From NCBI RefSeq assembly GCF_009914755.1, contig NC_060928.1: a DNA stretch of 64,000 bases. The stretch is one strand, 5' to 3'. Made by a program: the position numbers and the translations under genes. The notes under the pieces were generated by a model. It worked only from the letters and a program-made list of their open reading frames with translations. It was not told the origin of the DNA and did not search any database. This document shows, piece by piece, positions 53,765-64,000 of this stretch; within the stretch, counting starts at the first letter, position 1; each line of letters begins with the position of its first letter. The stretch is from the human T2T-CHM13v2.0 reference genome, Homo sapiens.

Positions 53765-54094
53765 TTCTCTTAGAAGTGCAGTTTATATTATATCAGAGAA
53801 TCTTAGGACACACCGAGAATATATAGTACTCACTACCAGCTCAGCCTCTGAGAAGGAAAGGCAGCAAAGTCAATGAAGTTGAAAACATATACAAAATAAA
53901 GTTAGCAAAGGAAGATGAAAACAAATTTTAATGAGGTCAATTTAAAATTTTTTTTTTAATTTGCACTCAACACTCATTTTCTAATGTGACAAATCCTATG
54001 TAAAGGTCTCCACCTTCCAAATCTACCTGAGATCACCCCTGAGGGCTGCTGGACAAGATTCAGGTGCCTTTCCTTATCTTTGTCATAATGTTGA

Positions 54095-54581
54095 AATGAT
54101 AAAAAAGGAAATATATTTTTTTCACCTATAAAGCTAAAAATTCACCTATATTGTTATTTTTCATATTTATGTTCAATAATGATGCCAAGGTATTTGAAAG
54201 TCATGAATATCTCAGCTAACCTAAAAGAGATTAGCTTTCTTCCAAACGTTTTTCAGTAGATAGAAAGTCTAAAAAACAGGAATGAAGAAAAGACTGGATG
54301 GCTAGCACCCTTCCTTAGTAAAAAGAAAAGATCAAATAATGATAGAAAAAGGAAATATATTTCTTATACCTACAAAACTAAAAATTAACCCATATTGTTA
54401 TTTTTCATATTTATTTTCAATAATGATGCCAAGGTATTTGAAAGTCATGAATATCTCAGCTAACCTAAGAGATTAGCATTTTTCCAAACGTTTTTCAGTA
54501 GATAGGAAGTCTAAAAACAGGAATGAAGAAAAGAGTGGATGGCTGGCACCCTTCCTTAGTAAAAAGGAAAGATCAAATAAT
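54095..54581 (+). repeat. Tandem duplication, about 243-bp unit x2
   Basis: 54095-54337 aligns with 54338-54581 with scattered substitutions and small indels. Confidence 0.95.
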
Positions 54582-54999
54582 ACCTCACAGAGGATAATGT
54601 CACCAGGGAAAATCATGTGCCTTTGTAAATTAGATACAGGATCCTCCCCTCTCAAGTCCATTTCCTATTCAAACCTATTGGAACATGCTAGGGTCAATGA
54701 AAGTTCATTTTATTGAAGTCAAGATCAAAAAGCAGGCGGCTCCAAGATATATACAGCCCTTTAGCCACAAAGGCCAGTGTTGGGGGCAGCTCGTGGGCTA
54801 GTATGAGTATCTCCATGTCTTTATTGAAAAGCAGGCTACTTTCATTTTCAAGCAGCTTCCATAAGCCTTCATCTCTTGTGAGCATTCCCATTGCAGTAAG
54901 AAGAGAGAATCCTAGCCATCTCATCACACCCAGAAAGTAACAAGAGGCACAGCTATGGTAAGTGTTGGAGCTGTCACTTATCATGGGAAAGAATTGCAG

Positions 55000-55230
55000 A
55001 GTGATATTAAGTGGGATGGTTGTAGAGACAGAATGTGTGGGTTTCAATCCCACTTAGCAGCTGTAGGATTTCAGGCAACTTACTAACCACTCTGCCTCAG
55101 TTCTCCTATCTGAAAGATGGGATGATAATCCTCACCTGATGGGTTACTGTAAATATTAAAATGGCTTGATTTATCCAAAGCACTTGGAACAGTGTGACCC
55201 TACAAGAGCATGTACTACCATGATTATTTT
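55000..55230 (+). mobile_element. MIR
   Basis: CTTAGCAGCTGT...CTCTGCCTCAGTTCTCCTATCTGAAAGATGGG...AAAGCACTTGGAACAGTG. Confidence 0.75.
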
Positions 55231-55369
55231 TCTCCTATGTAAAAAAGGATAAATGCTTGCTGATTGACTAATTAATAAGATAAATGACTGAGTAAATTAT
55301 TAAACTAAAAAACTAAGGTCTTCATGGTCTGTTTCCCTCTTACATCTCTAATTCATATCCCCTTCCATA

Positions 55370-55620
55370 ATTGCACACCTCACAGCCCCCAGAAAGTTTT
55401 CCGTGACCCAAGTCTCAGTTAAGCAGGCTTCTATGTGTTCCCACGCACCCCAGAATCACTGTCTTGTCACTTCTCATTCTGTGTTGCAATGACTTTTTTC
55501 CCTCTCCCATTGTCAAGTGAGATCCCCGAAAGGAGAGCCTGTGCCATGTTTTCCAGCTTCCCTCTGCCTGGAACATAGTAGGTGTTCAATATGCACATTC
55601 ATTTGCTGAATGAATGAACA
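55370..55620 (+). mobile_element. L2 3' end
   Basis: TGCCTGGAACATAGTAGGTGTTCAAT...TGAATGAATGAA. Confidence 0.7.
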
Positions 55621-55905
55621 AATGTGTAACTGGAAGGCCTGTTGATATCTGCTGTTTGCAAGGGTCACTACTATGGGCTAAATTGGAAGGCCTGATAAAA
55701 AGTATCTTACAACCCAATTAGGAGATAATCTTAAATAGATGAGAAGTTAAATAATTATAAAAGATCCAAATACACAGATAATCACCAAAAATATTAAACC
55801 TTCTTGCACATATCACCAGCCATGATGTCAGGGTGCCAAGACAACTAGTAAATAGCATTTACTAGGGAAAACACAACCTTTTACATGGGCTCAAAATTAT
55901 ATATC

Positions 55906-56065
55906 TGTATTTCACTGATTACAACACATTTCTTCAAATTTTAACATCTCAATCTTATGAATAATGGCATGTCATAGTTTAAGCAGAAACATCTTTCTTT
56001 CTTAGTAGTACATAAACAATGGTGTATCTTATAATCCATGGTGTTCTAGGTTCGATGAAATAAGG
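55906..56065. mobile_element. MER104-like TcMar-Tc2 fossil
   Basis: CTGTATTTCA...TTTCTTAGTAGTACATAAA..ATGGTGTATCTTA...TTCGATGAAATAAGG. Confidence 0.65.
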
Positions 56066-56867
56066 TCAAAAGATTTAAAAAAAACCTGAATTATTACATA
56101 TGCATATTTTTCTGTAGAGGAAATAACAGCAAATGTAAGGGCTAGTTGTCTGAGGACTTTGCTAATCTCTTCTGTGGCATGTAATTAAAAATAAAAGGTT
56201 GCAAGGATCCTAGAAGGTAACTCTTGCTTCTTAATGCACAAGGTGAATATCCAATAATGTCTGAGCTATTATTATTCAGCCTTAGCTTAGAAGCCTGGAG
56301 GATATAGTCTAAGAGATTAAGGGGGAAGGATGCAATAGCTACATTCAAACATTTAGTATAATTATTCACTATCACTTTAATGTTCTTCTAAAAGAAGATA
56401 ATCTTGCACTTCTTCTATTCTGTTTTATGACTTTTATAAAAAATTAAAACTAATTTGGCTATCTTAAAAAGCCCCTTATAACTAACTCCTTCCTCTGCCC
56501 AGTGACCACTCATATGAGTGTGTGTGTGTGTAGTGATAAACAGTTTATCATTAAAGACAACTATTCACTAAATGAGATTGTTCATTCAAGTGACGTAGTT
56601 CCTGCTAGAATCATACTTTTTATTACAAGTGACACAGAAATTGAGGAGGTGTAATACTCACCAGCACACTACATCTCACATGGCTATTGTTTAATTTATT
56701 TGATTTCTTAACTGATTTCACACTCACAAGAATTTCACACTATAGTCACATTAATTTTTTTAATTTCCTAAGTCATACCATAACACATAGGGGAAAATAG
56801 ATTTTTGTCAGAGTGCTTTTTTCAAAATTGCAAAACAGATATTAACTTACCACACCACTTTTGCCTC

Positions 56868-56931
56868 CCTCTCTCTGTCTCTCTCTCTCCCTCTCACACA
56901 CACACACATAGACACACACACAGAGAGAGAG
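56868..56931 (+). repeat. (CT)n(CA)n(GA)n compound microsatellite
   Basis: Direct observation. Confidence 0.85.
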
Positions 56932-59436
56932 CAAAGTAATACTCTCCTGTCAAGCTAAAATCATCTTATTTTGATATATCAACACATATCACATAATTCG
57001 TATCTTTAATCAATACATCTAATTTGGATAATGCACATGGGGTGATTGGGTGTCTATCTGCTAATAACAGGGTCTGAATGCTAATGGCTGAGAAAAGCTA
57101 AATGCCCAAGAATAGACATGGATTAACTATGAGCATTTGCCTCTTGGCTTTCCTAGCACTGTTTGATTTCCCCTTCATTTAACCTTGACATTTATAAACC
57201 TAATCAAAAGGTTTAATAAATAGGAACTCAACTTAAACACAAAGCAAAATGCCAAAAATCCTATATGTATTGCCCTAAGGGGAAAAAAAGTTGAAGATGA
57301 ATGAGAGCCTCTTCTTTTAACACCTTGTACTTTGACCTCATTGAGTAAAGATGACCTAAGAATCAAGTAGCTTGTTATTAAAAAGAATTCTTGGTGAGTA
57401 AAGGAAAAAATATAGTTAAGAGTATTTAATTACCCATGAAAATATTCGAGGACCTCTGCTTTGAAAAAATGACAGCGTTACATGTACATAACTCTGGGTG
57501 AGTATACAACTTTATATTCAAGTAAGTTTCAATACAGTATACCTCCACCCACCTTAGAGTTTCATATTATGAATCTCTTATCTTAAAGGCTCAAAGAACT
57601 CTTGCAATATAGAAACCTATTTAAATTTGGTTAACTCATTGTTGCCTAAATGTATTTGGCCAGGAAATCCTTTTGTGAGCAATGACATTTTGAGAAGTTT
57701 GTTAAATGAAAAGACAACCAGAGACAAATCAGGAAAGCTAGAGCCCAAGGTTAGCTCTGTTTTAATTAACTGTACAACACAGAGTAAGTCATCTCCCTTT
57801 AGTTCATGCTTTTAGAAAATGAAAGCGTTGGGCTAGATGAGTTCTGAGGTCTCTTCCAGCTCAGAAATTAACTGATCCTGAAAAAATCTAATGAAAATGA
57901 AGGTAAGAGGCTAAAGAAAATATTGGACAGCACCTGAAGGAATTGAATAAATGTGGTGAGAATAATGGCCACTAGGTAAAGGCATATGAAGATCTGGATA
58001 ATTCATTCCCAAAAAAAAGACATTCCCAAGCAGCTTAACTCAGTGGGCCCAGCAGCAGAACCACATCCTTGTCAAGAGAAACCCAATTCAGACTCAGAAA
58101 GACAAGACCTTGCAAAAGCAAATAGGCAAGAAAAAGAAACGAAAACGAAGCCAGGAGGTCCCAGGAATAGCTCCTGGTGAGTGGTTCAAGAGTGAGACCA
58201 AGAACAGAGACTTGGCAAAATGGCATCCTTTGTACATAGTGTGCAACATTCTGGAAGTTAAGAGTAGACTAGACAAAGGAATCCGTGACAGACTGGACAA
58301 AGATTAAAATTATGGGTTACCTTTTCTGCAATATTCAGTTGGCTCTTTACATCTTTTAATAAACTTTGAAATTTGCCTTACAACTCAGTAAACAGAAATA
58401 AAAAATAATATAGTTGAATAAGACCAAAGCTTTCCAGCCTAGAATCCTTGGGCTGCCAAGGCTTGCACAAGTCATAAAGGGTGTCCAAGACTCCTCTGTT
58501 AAATAAAAGAAGTGGGACTGTTACAGCTGTTTTCTCAAGATGATGGTCAAGAGGCTGTTGCCTAGAACTGGAGTCCACAGGGCTACAGGTAGGGCAAAGA
58601 GTTAGCATTGCTTAGGAAAAGGCAAAAATGCAAGTGCTAAGACCAGAAGAGCAGAGGCAGAATAGAAGCCAGGGTTCCTGTACCAAGACAAAACTATGAG
58701 CAGCAGGCTCCCAATGTTATTTGATTGTGCACCCCATTACAATGCCTTTAGTGCAATATATAACTGCATGGTCTGCAAATTGCATATGTATAGAACTATG
58801 TTTGTAAATGATACACATCATGCAATTTGCACAAAAGAAGGACATGTTAACCAAAAAGAGAAATAAATACAAAGCTTCTAATACTGCATAACTCCTAGAG
58901 TAAAAAGCACTCCATTTTGGAGAGGACTGATACAGAAATCAGATCAGAGCAAGAAAAGATGTGACACAGCAAGAAGGGAACCAGCCAAAGAGATGTCTGC
59001 AAGCAACAGTGGGAGTTCACCTTTTGGGTCACAGTGCATGATCAGCCTGTGTTGAAGAACTAGAAAGAGGAAAGGCAGTAAGGATCAAGACTTATAATGG
59101 AAAATACACCTTTACATGTGATAAGGCCACCCAAACTGAAAAATAATAAAATTTTTTAAAAATTTTGGCTACTATCATGTCAGCTCAATGACATCATATC
59201 TACTTCCTAATAGATGGCATTGCAATTGTTCATGCCTGCAATGAACAAGTGGGAGAAGACATCCATTATTTAATAAAAACTTTGCAAGGCAGAACCTTTT
59301 TTAACAGGAAAAATACAAACAAGTTCTCAGAAATGAAAATACTAGGAATTACTAAAGAAGGGTATCTCTGACTCTATGATTTGAGGTCACCAGTGTGACC
59401 TTCTCCAAAGCTACTCTTCAAACTGGAAAACTTTCT

Positions 59437-59732
59437 AGACTGGCACAGCCCAGAATAACTTTCTTCAATGATGAAAATATTCCATGTCTGTGCTAGCCCA
59501 TTGAAATTTGCCTTACAACTCAGTAAACAAAAATAAAAAATAATATAGTTGAATAAGACCAAAGCTTTCCAACTATCTTGCAGACCGTGCAATATAGTAG
59601 CCCCTAGCCACATGTGACCATTGAGCACTTGAAATGTGGCTAGTGTGACTGAAAAAAACTGAGTTTTTTAGTTTAGTTTAGTTTTAAATATTCACATGTG
59701 GCTAGTGGCTACTGCATTGGATAGTACAGTTC
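59437..59732 (+). mobile_element. MER3 (hAT-Charlie) interrupted by a ~90-bp templated insertion
   Basis: AACTTTCT..AATGATGAAAATATTC... then AATATAGTAGCCCCTAGCCACATGTG...TTGAGCACTTGAAATGTGGCTAG. Confidence 0.85.
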
Positions 59733-60109
59733 TAGAACAAAGTGCCAAGCAAATCTATGACAATAAGTTACTAGTAGTAATCAATATAGCTTATGAAGAC
59801 TTGGGCAAACTTGCTAAAAATACACAATATAATGTGTCAAGTTGACTTTGAATTCAACAAACCACAGAATCAAAGGGTGCAATTTAACAGGCTTTAAGTA
59901 TAAGCTATTAGACTGTAACCAAAACAGACAAAACCCACAGATACAAGAGGGTCAATGACCTGCTAAGAAATAAAAAGAGAATAAAAGCCCATGGGAACCA
60001 CAATGGACAACAAGTAGAACGAGTCAAGAGCTTGTCTAGAATTAAGACAAGGGGGACTAAGCTGAGAGATAAGGATATAAAACTGCCAATGAAAAATCCT
60101 TTTTTTCTC

Positions 60110-60540
60110 TAGACTTGGCTTGCATTTTTGGCCTCCACATCTAAAGAGGAATGAGAAGGAATTGGAAAAGGTCCAAAGAACAGAGTGATTTCAATTGTTG
60201 AATCACAGAATCACAGTGGCGAAATATTGAATGTGTTGTGGCTTTTTAATCCAGAGAAACAGAATTTGAGGGTAACAATATCTGCCTTCAGGTTCCAGAA
60301 GAAGCACAATAAGTGGCATTTGCCAGAGTCTTCAAGCACCTGGAGGAGAAAATGACACTCAACGTACAGTAAGGAAAAGTGTTTCATTCAGCCAGAAGGG
60401 AGACTTGTCTATTCACAGGCAATGATTTAACAGGGAAGGAGTTTTATTTAATAAAGCAGAAATGTTGAACATCAGGAGCTGCCAGGACTGGATCTTAAAA
60501 GATAAACAAAGCAGAAACCCTGGGCTTCGTCAGCTTCACC
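60110..60540 (+). mobile_element. L3/CR1 LINE fragment
   Basis: TTTTGGCCTCCACAT.TAAAGAGGA...TTGGAAAAGGTCCAAAGAA...TTTAATCCAGAGAAACAGAA.TTGAGGG. Confidence 0.55.
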
Positions 60541-60835
60541 TGGAAAAATGAGACAAGGACAACTCCACGCTTCCCAACCAACCACCAAACCTGGGATATG
60601 CTTGTTAGAGAGAGGTTTCAGCAATTTGGCACTCACTCCTCCCTCCCTTCCCTACAGAGGAAGCTGTCCACACAAGCTGCAAAGAGGAAGCCAAGGGCCA
60701 AATTACAAAGAGAAGAAAAAGCACCTGGAAACACATACCACATGCTCAAGTAAATGCTGGATTTAATATATGGAAAGACCCAAAGTCTAAAGAAGTCAGT
60801 TGCCCTGAACCTCGTATAGCAGGATCTGTGGGGCA

Positions 60836-60912
60836 TAGCATCCCTCTAACTTAGCGTCTAAGTTAGATGCTAAGCGTCTAAGTTAGCATCTAAGTTAGCG
60901 TCTAAGTTAGAC
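60836..60912. repeat. Self-complementary 12-mer micro-array
   Basis: TCTAAGTTAG x4 plus inverted units. Confidence 0.9.
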
Positions 60913-61050
60913 ACTTTGGTGTGGGAACCAAAGCAGAATCAAAAAAGAGGCAGGCCTGCCTAGGTACTCTTGCCACCTGGAAGCCAGATGCACAAAGAGA
61001 GCAATTCCACCATGGGATGCTGCTGCCAATGAGTCCTGGCCAAGGGTGAC

Positions 61051-61396
61051 TGTATCATGTTCTCACACTGCTAATAAAGACGTACACAAGACTGGGTAAT
61101 TTATAAAGGAAAGAGGTTTAATGGACTCACAGTTCCATATGGCTAGGGAGGCCTTACAATCATGGTAGAAAATGAAGGAAAAGCAAAGGGACATCTTACA
61201 TGGCAGCAGGCAAGAGAGCTTGTGCCAGGGAACTCCCATTTATATAACCGTCAGATCTCATAAGACTTATTCATGAGAACAGTATGGGTGAAACTGTCCC
61301 CATGATTCAGCTATCTCCCATGGCCCCACCCTTGACATGTGAGGATTATTACAATTCAAGGTGAGATTTGAGTGGGGACACAGCCAAACCATATCA
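61051..61396 (-). mobile_element. THE1 (C/D-like) solo LTR
   Basis: CACTGCTAATAAAGAC...GACTGGGTAATTTATAAAGGAAAGAGG...GGGACACAGCCAAACCATATCA. Confidence 0.9.
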
Positions 61397-62032
61397 GCGG
61401 CCTCATGGTAGACAATGGATCAATCAGAGCTGCCCTCGGAGAGTGGACACAGTCCCCCTTCCTTTCAGGCACTATACTCTTACCAGTCAGACATTAACTT
61501 TGCCCAATTGAGCACTTAGGCTCTACCCAATTAGAACAGCGACTCCATTCTTAGAGAAAATGAGTGAAGGTTTCTGCTGCAACTATTGCAATTATTATGA
61601 CAAATATAATCAAGCACTAATGAGAAATCAGAGGAGGTAGTATAACGAAGGGCAATTACATATTATGCAACATTGAATTAATGTGAAAGTATATGGTATA
61701 AAAATATTAATGAAGTCCCCATCTATGCACAAAATTCAAAATTAGGCAATTTCCAAAACATTGTTTAGTTCATCAGCAACTATTATTTTCAGTGCTGTTA
61801 TGCAAAGTGAATTGTAAGCAGTGTTCATGTTACTACCACTTGAGCCGGTAAACAGAAACCCACCATCAGAAATACTTTTATTGGGTCTGTGAGAAAATTC
61901 ATCTTCAATTATGTTAGCTTTGAATTATGTAAATTCTTTAAAAATCTATCCTTCACATAAACTGTAATCTCTGTCCATGAGTGCAGGGGAAAGGCATTTC
62001 AGAAAAAGCTAAGTATCATTCATAAACACATA

Positions 62033-62107
62033 GAAGCAAGAAAGAAAGAAAGAAGGAGGGAAGGAGAAAGGAAAGGAAAACAGAAAGGAAGAAAGGAAGG
62101 AAGAGGG
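62033..62107 (+). repeat. (GAAA/GGAA)n purine tract
   Basis: Direct observation. Confidence 0.9.
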
Positions 62108-62699
62108 TTTAAAATAGTCAAGAAACAGTAGGAAGTGGAGGAGCAGGGAATGAAGCTAAAAAACATTGGTTGCAAACCAATAATGCCCAAAAGCCTGGCC
62201 TCAATTCAGTATCAGGCCATGATGGAATTTTCATAAATCCACAGTGAAATGAGAAAAACCAGCATGGCATTTTCCACAAAGCTAAATACGTAAGATATTT
62301 ATATAATTGTTTCAAATGACCTTTTATTATGAGACCACATCCTCTGTAATTTGTTAGCAATAAAATTTCCTATCTGTACACCTACTATGTACCCACAAAA
62401 ATTAAAAATTTAAAACTTGTTTTAAAAATAAAATACAGTATCTGTTATGAAATGGTGGCAATGGCATATGACAGATGTCATACAGAGTTATTTTTATACA
62501 TTGTTTTTTGACAAAATTAAAATTGACAATCTTATATAGATCCACAATTTATTTTTTGGAAATATTACTGCTCATAAAATGAAAGAGACTGGGAACCACA
62601 GTCCTATGGGAAGAAATTTGCATAATTGAATAAGGCACCAGATTAAGCACCATGGAAATAATTCTAGATGTTGATTATTAAATGTGTTTAAATGTACAT

Positions 62700-63420
62700 C
62701 AATAATTTAAAAGAAAGCACTACAAGACCATAAATAGTATGCAAGTGTTTCAAACTACTAGAGGGAAAAAAATGTAACAAAAAAGCCTAATAAATTCAAC
62801 AAAGATCAAAATAGAAAAACACAAATAAAACATGAAATAAATAAGATGGCAAGAATAAGTCCAAACATACCATTAATCATGACAAATACATCTGGGTTAT
62901 ATTTTCCACACAGAAACTCCCAGATTGGTCATGAAAACCAAACCAAATCAAACAAATAAAAACTGTCTGCATGATGTTCATAGGAATCACATTAAAATAA
63001 GAAATTTAAATAAGGTGACAGTGGAAGATAAATCAGACAAATGTTAGCTACTATTCCCCAATCTGTCCTCCTCAAAGAAAACAGTGACTCAATATTAATT
63101 TCAAATGAAATAAAATTCAAAGGAGTGGAACATTAAATGAGATGCAAGAAATTTTTACGTTGACAAAATGTAAAACCTACCAAAAACCTACAACAGCAGT
63201 TAACAACATAGCAGTTAACAGCATAGTTTCAAAATATACAAGACAAAAATTGTTAGAAAGCAAACAGAAACTCACTAATATCCACAGAAATAGTGGGATG
63301 AATTAATAGACACCTGAAAAAATGATTGTATTTCTATATGGAAATAAGAACTTGAATTTCATTGTTGACAAGCTTAATCACAGCTATATAAAGAAATTGT
63401 ACACAACAGAAAACATACTT
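62700..63420 (+). mobile_element. Highly decayed L1M ORF2 5' (endonuclease) region
   Basis: ATGGCAAGAATAAGTCCAAACATACCATTAATC... translates as MARISPNIPLIMTNTSGL, resembling the L1 ORF2 N-terminus; A-rich, frame disrupted. Confidence 0.55.
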
Positions 63421-63429
63421 TTTTGTGTC

Positions 63430-64000
63430 ATTTCAACTTTTATTTTAGATTCGGGGGGCACATGTGCTGATTTGTTACATGGGTATGGTGCATGATGCTG
63501 AGGTTTGAGGTACAATTGATCCATCACCAAGGTAGTAAGCATAATATTCAGTTTTTCAACCTTTGCCTCCCCAGACTCCCTCTCCCTCTAGCGGTCCCCA
63601 GTTTCTATTGTTGCCCTCTTTATATCCATGAGTACTCAGTGTTTAGCTCCCACTTATAAATGAGAACATGCAGTATTTGGTTTTCTGTTCCTGCATTAAT
63701 TTGCTTAGGAAAATGGCGTCTAGCTGCATTCATGTTGCTGCAAAGGACATAATTTTGTTCTTTTTTATAGCTGTGTAGTAGTCCATAGAATGTATGTACC
63801 ACATTTTCCTTATGCCCCAAAGCTAGTCCCCAATTCAGGATCAGGCCATCCACCTTTGATGGGTACCAGGTTGATGCCATGTCTTTGCTCTTGTGAATAG
63901 TACTGCATTGAACATACGAGTGTGTGTATCTTTTAGTAGAATGGTGTATTTCCTGTTGGATATATATACCCAGTAATAGAATTGCCGGGTCAAATGATAA
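63430..64000 (-). mobile_element. L1PA13-16-like 3' end, continues beyond the window
   Basis: CAACTTTTATTTTAGATTC...CCCACTTATAAATGAGAACATGCAGTATTTGG...CCCAGTAATAGAATTGC. Confidence 0.9.

Noticed and set aside
54850-58185. Several consensus plus-strand donors (GGTAAGT, GGTGAGT)
   Set aside because: No convincing paired acceptors or coding frames; compatible with chance occurrence.
59207-59220. CTCF-like CTAATAGATGGCAT
   Set aside because: It mismatches the 5' core of the motif and is too weak without ChIP data.
60836-60912. TTAG-containing array as an interstitial telomere or CRISPR
   Set aside because: The unit is a 12-mer without TTAGGG and there are no unique spacers.
62700-64000. Active or coding LINE-1
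   Set aside because: Only a heavily disrupted ORF2 start and a separate opposite-strand 3' UTR are present; there is no long ORF.

Overview
Primate (human-like) nuclear non-coding DNA. Much of the window is interspersed repeat: 13 Alus (J/S classes, no clear AluY), about 17 ERVL/MaLR/ERV1 LTR remnants, L1 3' ends, many L2/MIR fossils, an L3/CR1 fragment and hAT/TcMar DNA transposon fossils. Repeat families and subfamilies were recognised from memory of consensus sequences, not by a search, and boundaries of old repeats are approximate. I see no confidently identifiable protein-coding exon, RNA gene or CRISPR array; the six-frame ORFs are repeat-derived or random. The left ~14-18 kb lacks Alus and LTRs, has locally elevated CpG, and carries candidate minus-strand exons (best: 8003-8138, ending in ATG|GT), possibly the 5' end of a leftward-transcribed gene or lncRNA that I cannot name. 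The most unusual sequence-level signals are local template-switching footprints: a two-template insertion in a MER3, a self-complementary 12-mer array, nested palindromes and two ~200 bp tandem duplications. There is also an unexplained branched inverted repeat at 39.6-39.8 kb. I found no evidence for a novel multi-gene system.
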